From Trueperaceae bacterium (GTDB lineage Bacteria; Deinococcota; Deinococci; Deinococcales; Trueperaceae): a stretch of DNA of 64,000 nt. Positions 40,101 through 49,637 of this stretch are shown in pieces. Location of the stretch: assembly GCA_965214405.1 (NCBI GenBank), contig OZ243956.1, positions 384,001 through 448,000 on the forward strand, written 5' to 3'. Under the pieces are notes generated by a model. The model saw only the letters and a list, made by a program, of their open reading frames with translations, had not been told where the DNA came from and did not search any database. Both the position numbers and the translations under genes were made by a program. How positions within the stretch are numbered: the first letter of the stretch is position 1; each line of letters starts with the position of its first letter.

Positions 40101-42296
40101 CTAGTTGAGATAGCCGCTGAGGTCGTCGGGGCTCACGTCTATATATTGGACTTGGTCCGGAGGTGTCTCGGGGGTAGCGCGCTTTCTGGTGCGCTGGTCG
40201 ATGGCGACGGTGACGGTGATGGGCGTGGCGGTGAGCTGTTGCGCCCGGCCCGGTTCCGTTCCCTCGACGAAAGCCGCGTTAACGCCGTTTGCGCTCAATG
40301 TTCCCGTGTCCAAACTTATCTTGGCGAAGGTGACGCCCGGTGGCACAGGGTAGCCGTCGGGGCTTCCCGGCGTGCCGCGCAGCGCCGCCTCGACGAACTC
40401 TTTCCAGACGTAGATGGGTTGTCTCGAGGAGCCCACCGTTCCGTCCCCCGCCCGCGTGAGCGCGGGGTCAATCTTTTTGGGAATAGTCGAGGCGTCGTCA
40501 AAGCCAATCCACACCGCCGCGACGATGCCGGGGGTCATGCCCACAAACCAGATGTCCTTGTCATCATTCGTCGTGCCTGTTTTACCCGCCACCCAGCGCC
40601 CGTCAATCTGCGCGCGGCGGCTGTAAGCCCCAGGGTCGGTCACGTTGCCGTGCAGGAGGTCGAGCATGACGTAAGCGGTCGCCTCGCTCCACACACGCGT
40701 GTCGCGCTCTTTATGTTCCCAAATCACGTTACCCTCACCGTCTTCGATGCGCTCGATAAGGTGAGGCTGGGCGTGGACGCCGCCGTTGGCGAAGCTGCCC
40801 AGCGCGCTCGCGTGCTGCAAGGGCGTCACCTCATAGGAGCCGAGCGCGAGGGCCAGCGTGGGCTGCACCGTGTCATAACCGAGCTCGCGGGCTCTGGCCG
40901 TAACCGCCTCGGGTCCGACCGCCTCGACAAGTTTGGCGACCGGGATGTTGCGTGACAAATCTAGGTGCTGGCGCAACGTCTTGAGCCCGGAAAAGGTGTT
41001 GTCGTGGTTGTTGGGAACCCAGTCGGGGCCGCCCTGCTGCGCGAACGTGGTGCGCTCGTCGTCCACTAAGCTCGCCTGGGTATAGCCGCCCTGCTCGAGG
41101 GCGGTCGCATAGACGATGGGCTTAAACGAGCTGCCGGGCTGACGCCAGGCGTTAAGCGCGCGGTTGTAATCCTCCTCACGCTGACCCTCGACAAGATGCT
41201 CGCCCACCATCGCCAAAACATCACCCGATTTTGGGTCGAGCCCCACGATGGCAAGCTGCGCGCCCGGCGGCACCTCGGCGTCTTTGGAGGCCTGCATCGC
41301 CGCGCGCTGCGTGGACGGGTCGATGGTCGTGTAGACCCTGAAGCCGCCCGAGCCGAACACGACGCTCGCGCCGTAAAGCTCTTGGAGTTCGTTGCTCACG
41401 GCCAACGAGATGGATTTTGAAAGCTCCGAACTTACGCTCTCGGCGATGCGGATGCTCTCGCCCGTGCGCTGCGGCTCCCCGGCGATGTTGCCCGTAGCGT
41501 CGTAAGTCACGTTCCAGCCGGTCGGCTGAAGCGGCTCGAGCCACGCCCGCTCCGCCAACTCCCGACTCACCACGCCCTGCGCGACCATGTTGTCGAGCAC
41601 GCCGCGCATCCCTCTGCGCGTGTCCACAAAGTCCTCATACACACGGCTCGGCGCGGGCAAAAGGCGCGCCAAATAAAGGCCCTCGGCCAAACTCAACTGC
41701 GAGGGGTCCTTGTCAAAGTAAGCCTTGGCCGCTTGGCGAATCCCGTAGACGTTGCCGCCCCAATAGACCACGTTAATGTAGCGCTGCAAGATTTCCTCTT
41801 TGGTCAAGCGGCGCTCGAGTTCAACCGACAGCATCAGCTCTTTGAACTTGCGCTCTAAGGTCCTGTCCTCTTGGATGTCGCTCAGCACGGTATTTTTGAC
41901 CACCTGAAAGGTGATGCCCGAGCCCCCGCGACCGCCCCCGCCCAAAAACTCCAGATAGGTCGCCTTGAGGAGCGCGGGCGTGTCAAAGCCGTAGTGCCTA
42001 AAAAACTGGTCGTCCTCGGAGGCGACGATGGCGGCCAGCGCGGCGGGCGACACGTCCTCAAGGGCCACCGGAATCCGGTTCGTCGAGGCCTTGTCCGCCC
42101 CCGCCACCGGCACGAGTTCACCGATAAACTCCCCGTTCCGCCCAAAAATCTGCGTTGTCGCCGTGTAGTTGTACGCGTCCAACTCGCTCAAATCGGGCAA
42201 CTCCTGCGCCCACTTAAACGCCGACGCCGTTAACAACGCCGCGACTGACAGCACCACCGCGAGCAGCCCAAGAAAAAAACCTTGTAAAACTTTCAC
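40101..42296 (-). CDS. Class A penicillin-binding protein (PBP1A)
   Basis: SEDDQFFRH transglycosylase motif; PGSSFK, SRN, KTGT transpeptidase motifs. Leaderless GTG 42296 (TATAAT 6 nt upstream). Confidence 0.92.
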   Translation of the reverse strand: MKVLQGFFLGLLAVVLSVAALLTASAFKWAQELPDLSELDAYNYTATTQIFGRNGEFIGELVPVAGADKASTNRIPVALEDVSPAALAAIVASEDDQFFRHYGFDTPALLKATYLEFLGGGGRGGSGITFQVVKNTVLSDIQEDRTLERKFKELMLSVELERRLTKEEILQRYINVVYWGGNVYGIRQAAKAYFDKDPSQLSLAEGLYLARLLPAPSRVYEDFVDTRRGMRGVLDNMVAQGVVSRELAERAWLEPLQPTGWNVTYDATGNIAGEPQRTGESIRIAESVSSELSKSISLAVSNELQELYGASVVFGSGGFRVYTTIDPSTQRAAMQASKDAEVPPGAQLAIVGLDPKSGDVLAMVGEHLVEGQREEDYNRALNAWRQPGSSFKPIVYATALEQGGYTQASLVDDERTTFAQQGGPDWVPNNHDNTFSGLKTLRQHLDLSRNIPVAKLVEAVGPEAVTARARELGYDTVQPTLALALGSYEVTPLQHASALGSFANGGVHAQPHLIERIEDGEGNVIWEHKERDTRVWSEATAYVMLDLLHGNVTDPGAYSRRAQIDGRWVAGKTGTTNDDKDIWFVGMTPGIVAAVWIGFDDASTIPKKIDPALTRAGDGTVGSSRQPIYVWKEFVEAALRGTPGSPDGYPVPPGVTFAKISLDTGTLSANGVNAAFVEGTEPGRAQQLTATPITVTVAIDQRTRKRATPETPPDQVQYIDVSPDDLSGYLN

Positions 42297-42311
42297 AGGG
42301 CGATTATACAG

Positions 42312-42379
42312 CAGTGGTGAGTGATGAGTGGGTAGTGGTGAGATTTTTCTAATCACTCACCACTAACCACTACCCACTG
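42312..42379. repeat. Heptamer-built inverted repeat (AGTGGTG/AGTGATG/AGTGGGT)
   Basis: CAGTGGTGAGTGATGAGTGGGTAGTGGTGAG facing CACTCACCACTAACCACTACCCACTG. Confidence 0.6.
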
Positions 42380-42382
42380 CCT

Positions 42383-43285
42383 TTACCAGCCTCGAGACGC
42401 CAGCAGTTCCTCTTCTTTTAGATCGGGGATGTTGATGCCGACCATCGCTTCGCCTAAGCTGCTCGAGACTTCGGCCAGGATGTCGGGATTGTCATAGTGC
42501 GTGACCGCCTTGACGATGGCCTGGCCGCGCTTGACGGGGTCGCCCGACTTGAAGATGCCCGAGCCGACGAAGACGCCGTCTAAGCCTAGCTGCATCATCA
42601 GCGCGGCGTCGGCAGGGGTCGCCACGCCGCCCGCGGCGAAGTTGACGACGGGGAGCTTGCCGTGTTCATGAACGTACAAGACGAATTCATAGGGCGCTCT
42701 GAGGTCGCGGGCGACGGTCATGAGTTCTTCGCGCGGCCTCGCCCGAATCTCGCGGATGCTGCCCAAGACGCTGCGCGCGTGCCGCACCGCCTCGACCACG
42801 TTGCCCGTGCCCGCCTCGCCCTTCGTGCGAATCATCGACGCGCCCTCGCCGATGCGCCGCAGCGCCTCACCCAGGTTCGTCGCGCCGCACACGAAGGGCA
42901 CGGTGAAGGCGTGTTTGTCGATGTGAAAACTCTCGTCGGCGGGCGTCAAGACTTCGGACTCGTCGACAAAGTCCACGCCCAAGGCCTGCAAAATCTGCCC
43001 CTCGACGAAGTGGCCGATGCGCGCTTTTGCCATGACCGGGATCGAAACCGCCTCGATAATGCCGGAAACCATCTCCGGGTCGCTCATGCGCGCCACGCCG
43101 CCGTGCGCGCGGATGTCAGCGGGCACGCGCTCTAAAGCCATGACCGCGGTGGCCCCCGCGTCCTCGGCGATCCTCGCCTGCTCGGGCGTGACCACGTCCA
43201 TGATGACGCCGCCCTTAAACATTTCCGCAAAGCCCGTTTTGACGCGCAAGCTACCCACGGTTGTTTCTTGAACTTCTTGCACCAT
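42383..43285 (-). CDS. pdxS: PLP synthase lyase subunit
   Basis: [41 protein letters not shown]. Confidence 0.97.
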   Translation of the reverse strand: MVQEVQETTVGSLRVKTGFAEMFKGGVIMDVVTPEQARIAEDAGATAVMALERVPADIRAHGGVARMSDPEMVSGIIEAVSIPVMAKARIGHFVEGQILQALGVDFVDESEVLTPADESFHIDKHAFTVPFVCGATNLGEALRRIGEGASMIRTKGEAGTGNVVEAVRHARSVLGSIREIRARPREELMTVARDLRAPYEFVLYVHEHGKLPVVNFAAGGVATPADAALMMQLGLDGVFVGSGIFKSGDPVKRGQAIVKAVTHYDNPDILAEVSSSLGEAMVGINIPDLKEEELLASRGW

Positions 43286-43546
43286 TCCTCCTTTTTGGAC
43301 ACTGAGTCAGGTAAGTTGAGCGTTACCTGGTCTGGTCTTCATGACCTCATCATAAATGAAATTTTGTAACAGAAGCGTAGCTGTCAACGAACATGTGATT
43401 TGCTTTACGCTTCTCGAGCCTCCGTCAAACAAGAAAAAGGGTTTTGCGCCGCTTTAAGGGTCCGTGCAAAGTCCGTACATCCGTACAAAGGTCCGTATAA
43501 AGCTCTCGTCCAAGAACAGAGGCGGCTTCAAGGACTACAATGGGCT

Positions 43547-44320
43547 ATGGCAACCACCTACTCGAGCTACCTCCACTTAGACGAACTCCTGAGCCTCCAG
43601 AAACCTGAGTCGCCCGGCCCCGAGCACGACGAAATGCTCTTTATCGTTATCCACCAAACCTATGAACTCTGGTTCAAACAGCTCCTGCACGAGCTCGACT
43701 TTCTGACCGCGCGCTTACGAGTGAATGACGTCCCGCGCGCGCTGGGGACCCTACGGCGGATGCTGACGATTCTCAAGACGGTGGTGGCGCAGGTGGACGT
43801 GTTGGAGACGATGACGCCCTTGGAGTTCAACAGCTTCCGTGACGCGCTGGACACGGCGAGCGGGTTTCAGTCGGCGCAGTTTCGGGCGCTCGAGTTCGCC
43901 CTGGGCTACAAGCGCCGGGGGATGCTCAAGCATTACGAGGGACCCTTGAGGGAGGCGCTCGAGGCGCGTTTCGAGGCCCCCACGCTCTGGGACGCCTTTT
44001 TGCACCTGCTCAGTCTCAACGGTTACGAGGTGCCCTTACCGCTTTTAGAGAGAGATGTGCGGGAGGCGGTGACGCCCTCGAGAGAGGTGCAGGCCATCCT
44101 CATCGACATCTACCGCCACAACCCCGACCTGTCGCGCGTCCCCGAGCGCATGGTGGATTTTGACGAGGGGATGCAGGAGTGGCGTTACCGTCACGTCAAG
44201 ATGGTCGAGCGGACCATCGGCGCGAAAGTGGGCACAGGCGGCTCATCCGGCGCAAGCTACCTCATGACCACGCTCAAACCGCTCTTCCCCGACCTGTGGG
44301 CGATTCGCTCCGAGCTTTGA
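43547..44320 (+). CDS. kynA: Tryptophan 2,3-dioxygenase
   Basis: HDEMLFIVIHQTYELWFK, SGFQSAQFR, WRYRH, GTGGSSG. Leaderless ATG 43547. Confidence 0.96.
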   Translation: MATTYSSYLHLDELLSLQKPESPGPEHDEMLFIVIHQTYELWFKQLLHELDFLTARLRVNDVPRALGTLRRMLTILKTVVAQVDVLETMTPLEFNSFRDALDTASGFQSAQFRALEFALGYKRRGMLKHYEGPLREALEARFEAPTLWDAFLHLLSLNGYEVPLPLLERDVREAVTPSREVQAILIDIYRHNPDLSRVPERMVDFDEGMQEWRYRHVKMVERTIGAKVGTGGSSGASYLMTTLKPLFPDLWAIRSEL

Positions 44321-44328
44321 CAGGAGAC

Positions 44329-45612
44329 ATGATGGCAAGAACCGACGCAATAAAAACCAGCAGGGCTCACGCTCTAACCCTCGACGCCGAGGACGCGCTC
44401 GCCCCCTTTCGAGAACGCTTCGTCATCGCCGACCCTAAGCTTATCTACCTGGACGGCAACTCGCTCGGGCGGCTCCCTAAGGCGACCGCCGCCCGCGCCG
44501 ACAGGCTCATCCATAAGGAGTGGGGCGAAAGGCTCATCCGAAGCTGGAACGAAGGCTGGCTGGACGCGCCCGCGCGCATTGGGGCCAAAATTGCCCAGCT
44601 CATCGGCGCGCAACCTGATGAAGTCATCATGGCGGACTCGACCTCCGTCAACCTCTTCAAGCTCGTCGTGGCGGCGCTTCGTAAACAAAAAGGCCGCACC
44701 CGCATCCTCAGCGACGACCTCAACTTCCCCTCCGACGTGTACGTCGTGCAGGGGGCAGTGGACGTGTTGGGGGGTGAGCATTCGCTCGAGCTCCTCCCCT
44801 CCCCCGACGATATCCACGGCCCCGTTGACGCTCTAAAAGAAGCTTTGGATGAAAGAACCGCGCTCCTGACGCTGTCTCACACGGTTTACAAGAGCGGCTA
44901 CGTTTACGACATGGCCTCTCTAAGCGCCGCCGCGCGCGAGGCGGGCGCGCTCTCGCTCTGGGACCTCAGTCACTCGGTGGGCGCGGTGCCGGTGGACCTA
45001 AACGCGGCGGGGGCCGACCTCGCGGTGGGTTGCACGTACAAGTATCTTAACGGCGGCCCCGGCGCACCCGCTTTTTTGTATGTGCGGCGCGACCTGCAAG
45101 AGGAGCTAGGCAACCCCATCACCGGCTGGATGGGACAAAAGGGGATGTTCGATTTTGGCCTCGCTTACAAGCCGGAAACGGGGCTGCGCCGCTTTTTGAC
45201 GGGCACGCCGACGGTCGCCTCGCTCGCGCTGGTCGAGCCGGGCGTGGAGATGCTGCTCGAGGCCGGAATGGAGCGCGTGCGGGCGAAGTCCGTACAGCAA
45301 ACGGAATACCTCATTGCTTTGTGGGAAACATTACTCGCCCCCGTCGGCTTCTCGCTCAACTCGCCCCGCGACGCGCAGCACCGCGGCTCGCACGTGTCGC
45401 TCGGGCACGCGCAGGGGCTGGGGATTGACTTAGCGATGATTCGGGACATGAACGTCATCCCCGACTTCCGCCCGCCCGACAACATCCGCTTAGGGATTGC
45501 GCCCCTCTACACGTCGTTTAGCGACCTCCACACCGCCGTCACCCGGATGCGGCAGATAGTCACCGACGGACTTTTCGAGCCTTACGCCGCCGAAGCGCCC
45601 GTGGTGACGTGA
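44329..45612 (+). CDS. kynU: Kynureninase
   Basis: IYLDGNSLG, DSTSVNLFK, WDLSHSVG, GCTYKYLNGGPG. Confidence 0.96.
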   Translation: MMARTDAIKTSRAHALTLDAEDALAPFRERFVIADPKLIYLDGNSLGRLPKATAARADRLIHKEWGERLIRSWNEGWLDAPARIGAKIAQLIGAQPDEVIMADSTSVNLFKLVVAALRKQKGRTRILSDDLNFPSDVYVVQGAVDVLGGEHSLELLPSPDDIHGPVDALKEALDERTALLTLSHTVYKSGYVYDMASLSAAAREAGALSLWDLSHSVGAVPVDLNAAGADLAVGCTYKYLNGGPGAPAFLYVRRDLQEELGNPITGWMGQKGMFDFGLAYKPETGLRRFLTGTPTVASLALVEPGVEMLLEAGMERVRAKSVQQTEYLIALWETLLAPVGFSLNSPRDAQHRGSHVSLGHAQGLGIDLAMIRDMNVIPDFRPPDNIRLGIAPLYTSFSDLHTAVTRMRQIVTDGLFEPYAAEAPVVT

Positions 45613-45622
45613 GGTGACGTGA

Positions 45623-46468
45623 ATGCTTGACCCAAACAGCACGCCCAAGCTCCTCACCTCGCAAGACCTCGAGCGCCTGCCCGTCTACCCGCCGGACCAC
45701 CGCCTGCCTTACGGCGAGGACGCGCAATTTGCTGACCTCTACCTCCCCGACGGGGCTGACAGGACGGGGCCGCACCCCGTCGTCGTCCTCATCCACGGGG
45801 GCTGCTGGCGAGCGAAGTACGGGCTCGAGCACCTAAGCCCCCTTGCCAAGGCGTTAGCGGCCGAGGGGGTGGCGGTGTGGAGCCTCGAGTACCGCCGCTT
45901 AGGCAGCGGCGGCGGCTGGCCCCATACCTTTTTAGACGTGGCCGCGGGCGCGGACCTTTTACGCGACGTAGCCGACACGTACGCGCTCGACCTCTCACGC
46001 GTCGTCACCGCCGGACATTCGGCGGGCGGACACCTGGCGCTCTGGCTGGCGGGCCGCCACCGCCTGCCGCGTAACGGTGACTTGTGGACCCCCAACCCGC
46101 TCCGGGTGCGGGGCGCGGTGTCGCTCGCAGGTATTCCTGACTTGGGGGAGGCCTTGGCGCAAGGCGTTTGTAAGGAAGCGGCGGGTGAACTGCTCGGGGG
46201 GAGCCCCGACACGGTGCCGGAGCGCTACGCCCAGGGCTCACCCGCGCGGCTCCTCCCGCTGGGTGTGCCCCAACATCTTTTAAGCGGCGACCGTGATGAG
46301 ATTGTCCCGGCGGCGTACGCTCATCCGTATGCGGAGGCGGCTGAGGCGCACGGCGACACGGTAACCTGGACGCTCCTGCCCAACGCGGGCCACTTTGAAC
46401 TCGTCATACCGGGGAGCATTGTTTGGGAGAGGGTGAGGGGGGTGGTGCTCGAGCTCCTGCACGCGTAA
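45623..46468 (+). CDS. Alpha/beta hydrolase, candidate kynurenine formamidase
   Basis: HGGCW, GHSAGGHLA, GDRD, GHF; starts 10 bp after kynU. Confidence 0.8.
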   Translation: MLDPNSTPKLLTSQDLERLPVYPPDHRLPYGEDAQFADLYLPDGADRTGPHPVVVLIHGGCWRAKYGLEHLSPLAKALAAEGVAVWSLEYRRLGSGGGWPHTFLDVAAGADLLRDVADTYALDLSRVVTAGHSAGGHLALWLAGRHRLPRNGDLWTPNPLRVRGAVSLAGIPDLGEALAQGVCKEAAGELLGGSPDTVPERYAQGSPARLLPLGVPQHLLSGDRDEIVPAAYAHPYAEAAEAHGDTVTWTLLPNAGHFELVIPGSIVWERVRGVVLELLHA

Positions 46469-46611
46469 ACTGCAATCATCCCGCAGTTCTAACTTTGAGA
46501 GGTTGTTTGGGTCACGGCAAAAATCTGCCAAGCATCTCTCGAACGTTTATCAGCAGGGGGAGTGAAAGCAGTGACTGGTTCTTTCTCAATCCTTTTTGCC
46601 AAAGATTAAAG

Positions 46612-46634
46612 TGAGCCGAAAGACGCTCGGCTCA
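46612..46634 (-). terminator. Hairpin after the small peptide gene
   Basis: TGAGCCGA-AAGACGC-TCGGCTCA. Confidence 0.6.
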
Positions 46635-46653
46635 TCTCAACGGATGTTAGAAA

Positions 46654-46794
46654 CTATTTGCCAGCAGGAACACCAGTGCTAACGGTGAAACCGGTGCTAA
46701 CAGTGAAACCGTTGCCGACTTTCGCGGGTGCCGCAAAGGCGGACGTAGCGGCAAGCGACAGAACCAGAGCGAGTGCGAGCGCAACTTTTTTCAT
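46654..46794 (-). CDS. 46-aa secreted peptide precursor with tandem GFTVST motif
   Basis: AAGGAG RBS; MKKVALALALVLSLAATSAFA signal peptide, then APAKVGNGFTVSTGFTVSTGVPAGK. Confidence 0.8.
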   Translation of the reverse strand: MKKVALALALVLSLAATSAFAAPAKVGNGFTVSTGFTVSTGVPAGK

Positions 46795-46982
46795 GTAAAC
46801 TCCTTTTCTTATGCTGTTTCTTATACTGTAATTTTCTTGGACACACAAGGTTGAGCTACCGCTTGACCTCATTCTTAACCGGCGTCTTCGGTTATGAGCG
46901 TCACTCAGAAATGTAGACCAACACAAAAGTTTTCGCTGAGGAATTTCTCTCATTTATTGGATTGATGAGAAATTTTCGTGCT

Positions 46983-47258
46983 CTAACGCGCGGCAGGTTC
47001 GATTAGACCCAACCCAGGGCTTTCGCTGAAAAGGGCCAGGATGAGCCGCCGCGCTTCTCCTTCCGCCTCTTTTAGCCCCGCCCTTTCAAGGACCCGCACG
47101 CTTTCCCCCCGATAATGGGTGAGCAGAAGCCGGTAACCTTGTCCCTGCGGTTCAACACGCACCGTCACGTTTCCTACACGAACCCTATGAACTTCGGTGA
47201 AGCCGTTAAAGAAGGTGATCCAGGGGAGGGTTGCTAAGTCGCCAAAAATCATGCTCAC
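46983..47258 (-). CDS. Hypothetical protein (91 aa)
   Basis: Leaderless GTG with TACACT 6 nt upstream; alternating beta-strand pattern. Confidence 0.65.
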   Translation of the reverse strand: MSMIFGDLATLPWITFFNGFTEVHRVRVGNVTVRVEPQGQGYRLLLTHYRGESVRVLERAGLKEAEGEARRLILALFSESPGLGLIEPAAR

Positions 47259-47352
47259 AGATGTAGTGTAGCCGAATCAAGCCGAGAACCCCGCACAACG
47301 CTCACTTCCGACCGTAAGAATTTTGTAAGGACTCGAGGTGCATAGTGCGGTC

Positions 47353-48288
47353 ATGAGCGTTTCTCTTTCACAGGCACCGTCGCACCCGGCTGTTCGCCAG
47401 AAGGGGGCGTGTTTAGAAAATGTAACCACACATTTTGGAACAATTCGCCTCCTCGGGACATCCTCCTCAACGGAAGTCATTGAGGTGACGTTGCAAGCCA
47501 ATAATCGTTTAATCATAGTACCTACAGGAACTGCACTCGAAGTCTATTATGTTCTTTCGGGTTGCCTCCAGTACACCCTGAACGGAGCTTTACACCGTAT
47601 TGGACCCGGCCAACACATTATAGTTGAAAACATAGACGCACCTCTTACCCTAAACTCGTTGACTACTGCCAATCTTCTTGTTACATCTTCACAACCACAG
47701 TTCTACCAAATCTCTCATAATTTTGAAGAACTAGCCCAGCTTGCCATCGAAATAGAAATGAAAGACGGCTACACCGCCGACCACTGCCGCAGACTCCAGC
47801 GCCTAAGTTACGCCACAGGCCAACAGTTGGGTTTGTCGCAAACCGAACTCTACCGGCTCGACTTTGGTTCGCTTCTTCATGATATAGGCAAGATTGAAGT
47901 GCCTGTAGAGATTTTGCAAAAGCCGGGCAAGCTCACCCCCGGAGAGTGGGAACGCGTCAAACAGCACCCCTCACTGGGCCGCGAGATGCTCGCCACAACG
48001 CACGTGAAAGAGGCGGGTATCGTCGTCGAGCAGCACCACGAGCGCCTGGACGGCTCGGGCTACCCTTACGGCCTCTCCGGCAAGGACATCCTCACCGAGG
48101 CCTATATCGTGGCCGTGGCCGACACCTTCGACGCCATGACCACCGACCGTCCTTACCGCAAGGCGCTGTCCGACGAAGTGGCTTTTGAGGAAATCCGGAA
48201 ATATGCGGGCGTCCACTATCCCAGAGAAGTGGTTGACGCGTTTTTCGAAGCGGTCGATGTGCTTGGGGAAAAGGCTCGAGCCGCCTGA
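47353..48288 (+). CDS. HD-GYP phosphodiesterase with N-terminal cupin-like domain
   Basis: EVYYVLSG and IGPGQHI cupin pattern; YTADHC, LLHDIGK, HHERLDGSGYP, DTFDAMTTDRPYR. Confidence 0.9.
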   Translation: MSVSLSQAPSHPAVRQKGACLENVTTHFGTIRLLGTSSSTEVIEVTLQANNRLIIVPTGTALEVYYVLSGCLQYTLNGALHRIGPGQHIIVENIDAPLTLNSLTTANLLVTSSQPQFYQISHNFEELAQLAIEIEMKDGYTADHCRRLQRLSYATGQQLGLSQTELYRLDFGSLLHDIGKIEVPVEILQKPGKLTPGEWERVKQHPSLGREMLATTHVKEAGIVVEQHHERLDGSGYPYGLSGKDILTEAYIVAVADTFDAMTTDRPYRKALSDEVAFEEIRKYAGVHYPREVVDAFFEAVDVLGEKARAA

Positions 48289-48542
48289 ATACAGCCACAC
48301 ATCACTTGAAGCGCTCGAGCCCCTACGAAACTTTCACCCCTGTAAATTTACAAACTGGTTTCTGCTGCATTACAGCAAAACAAAATCTCTTACGTCTTAT
48401 TATTTCTGGTTGGTGAGCTCGAGCGCCACCAAAACAGGCCCGAAATCCTCCTCCGTCTGCATCTGCCCGCACGTATTTTGTCTGCGCGTACAAAGACGCC
48501 CCGCAAAAACGGGTGTAAGATAACGGCTGAGACCGAGGTGAA

Positions 48543-49634
48543 ATGGAAGAGAAGCTTCTAAAAGCGGTAGACGGGGCGCGGGAGGCTGGTGAGCGCCTCG
48601 CCCTGGCGACGGTGGTGCGTATCAAGGGCTCGGCCTACCGCCGCGAGGGCGCGAAGATGCTCGTGACCGAGGGGGGCAGGCAGGTCTGCATGATTTCGGG
48701 GGGCTGTTTGGAGGGCGAGGTCGGCGAAATCGCGCGGCGCGTCATCCAAACAGGCGAGCCTTCCCTGCACGCGTTTGATCTGGATGAGGACGTGGTGTGG
48801 GGCTTGGGTCTCGGCTGCGGCGGCTCGGTAGACGTCTATATCGAACCGTTTGATGAACGTGAGGCGCACGCGGCGTGGTGGAGGGTGCTCCGGGAGAATC
48901 GGGCGGGCGCGCTGGCGACGGTTCTGGGAAGCGCAACGGGCGGTGTGCCAAGAACAGCGCGCATGTTTATTGGCGAGGCGGGCGAAACGCTCGGGAACTT
49001 GGGGGATGCAGGGCTCGAGCGTACCCTCACCACCTGGGCAGAAGAGAAGCTGGCGCAGCTCTACCCCCGCGCCGAGACGCGCCGCTTTACCCTGGATGAC
49101 GGTGAGGCGGAGGTGTTTTTGGACGTGACCACGCCGCCCTTAGAGCTCACGCTTTTCGGCGCGGGGCACGACGCGATCCCGCTGGCCCGCTACGCGCACG
49201 ACCTAGGCTTCCGCGTGAGCGTTGTGGACGCGCGGCCCGCTTTTTTGACGCCCGAGCGTTTCCCCGGCGCGACGCTTGTGCGCGCGCATCCCTCGAGCTT
49301 TAAGGAGCGCGTAGAGGTTGGCCCGCGCTCTCACCTCGTGGTGATGAACCATCACTTAGAACGCGACACGGCGAGTTTGGGCTTTGCACTTTCCTCCCCC
49401 GCGCCTTATATCGGCGTGCTCGGGCCGCGCTCGCGGTTTGAAAAGATGTTGGGCGCGCTCGAGGACGCGCCCGCAGCAGACGAACGGGTCCATAACCCCA
49501 TCGGCGTGGACGTGGGGGCGGAAGCGCCCGAGGAGGTCGCGGTAAGTATCGTCGCGGAACTTCTCGCGGTGCGGGGCGGCTACGAGGCGGGCTTTTTGAA
49601 AGACCGTGACGGGCGCATTCACGTTCATGCGTAG
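48543..49634 (+). CDS. XdhC/CoxI molybdoenzyme maturation factor
   Basis: GSAYRREGAKM, ISGGCLE, GLGCGG, YIGVLG. Confidence 0.92.
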   Translation: MEEKLLKAVDGAREAGERLALATVVRIKGSAYRREGAKMLVTEGGRQVCMISGGCLEGEVGEIARRVIQTGEPSLHAFDLDEDVVWGLGLGCGGSVDVYIEPFDEREAHAAWWRVLRENRAGALATVLGSATGGVPRTARMFIGEAGETLGNLGDAGLERTLTTWAEEKLAQLYPRAETRRFTLDDGEAEVFLDVTTPPLELTLFGAGHDAIPLARYAHDLGFRVSVVDARPAFLTPERFPGATLVRAHPSSFKERVEVGPRSHLVVMNHHLERDTASLGFALSSPAPYIGVLGPRSRFEKMLGALEDAPAADERVHNPIGVDVGAEAPEEVAVSIVAELLAVRGGYEAGFLKDRDGRIHVHA

Positions 49635-49637
49635 CGC

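Noticed and set aside
46892..46910. RDRM (DdrO) radiation-response motif
   Set aside because: TTATG and CAGAA arms are separated by 9 bp rather than the 7 bp of the 17-bp motif.
46795..46953. 99-aa version of the peptide ORF
   Set aside because: The RBS and signal peptide place the start at 46794; the extension crosses regulatory DNA.
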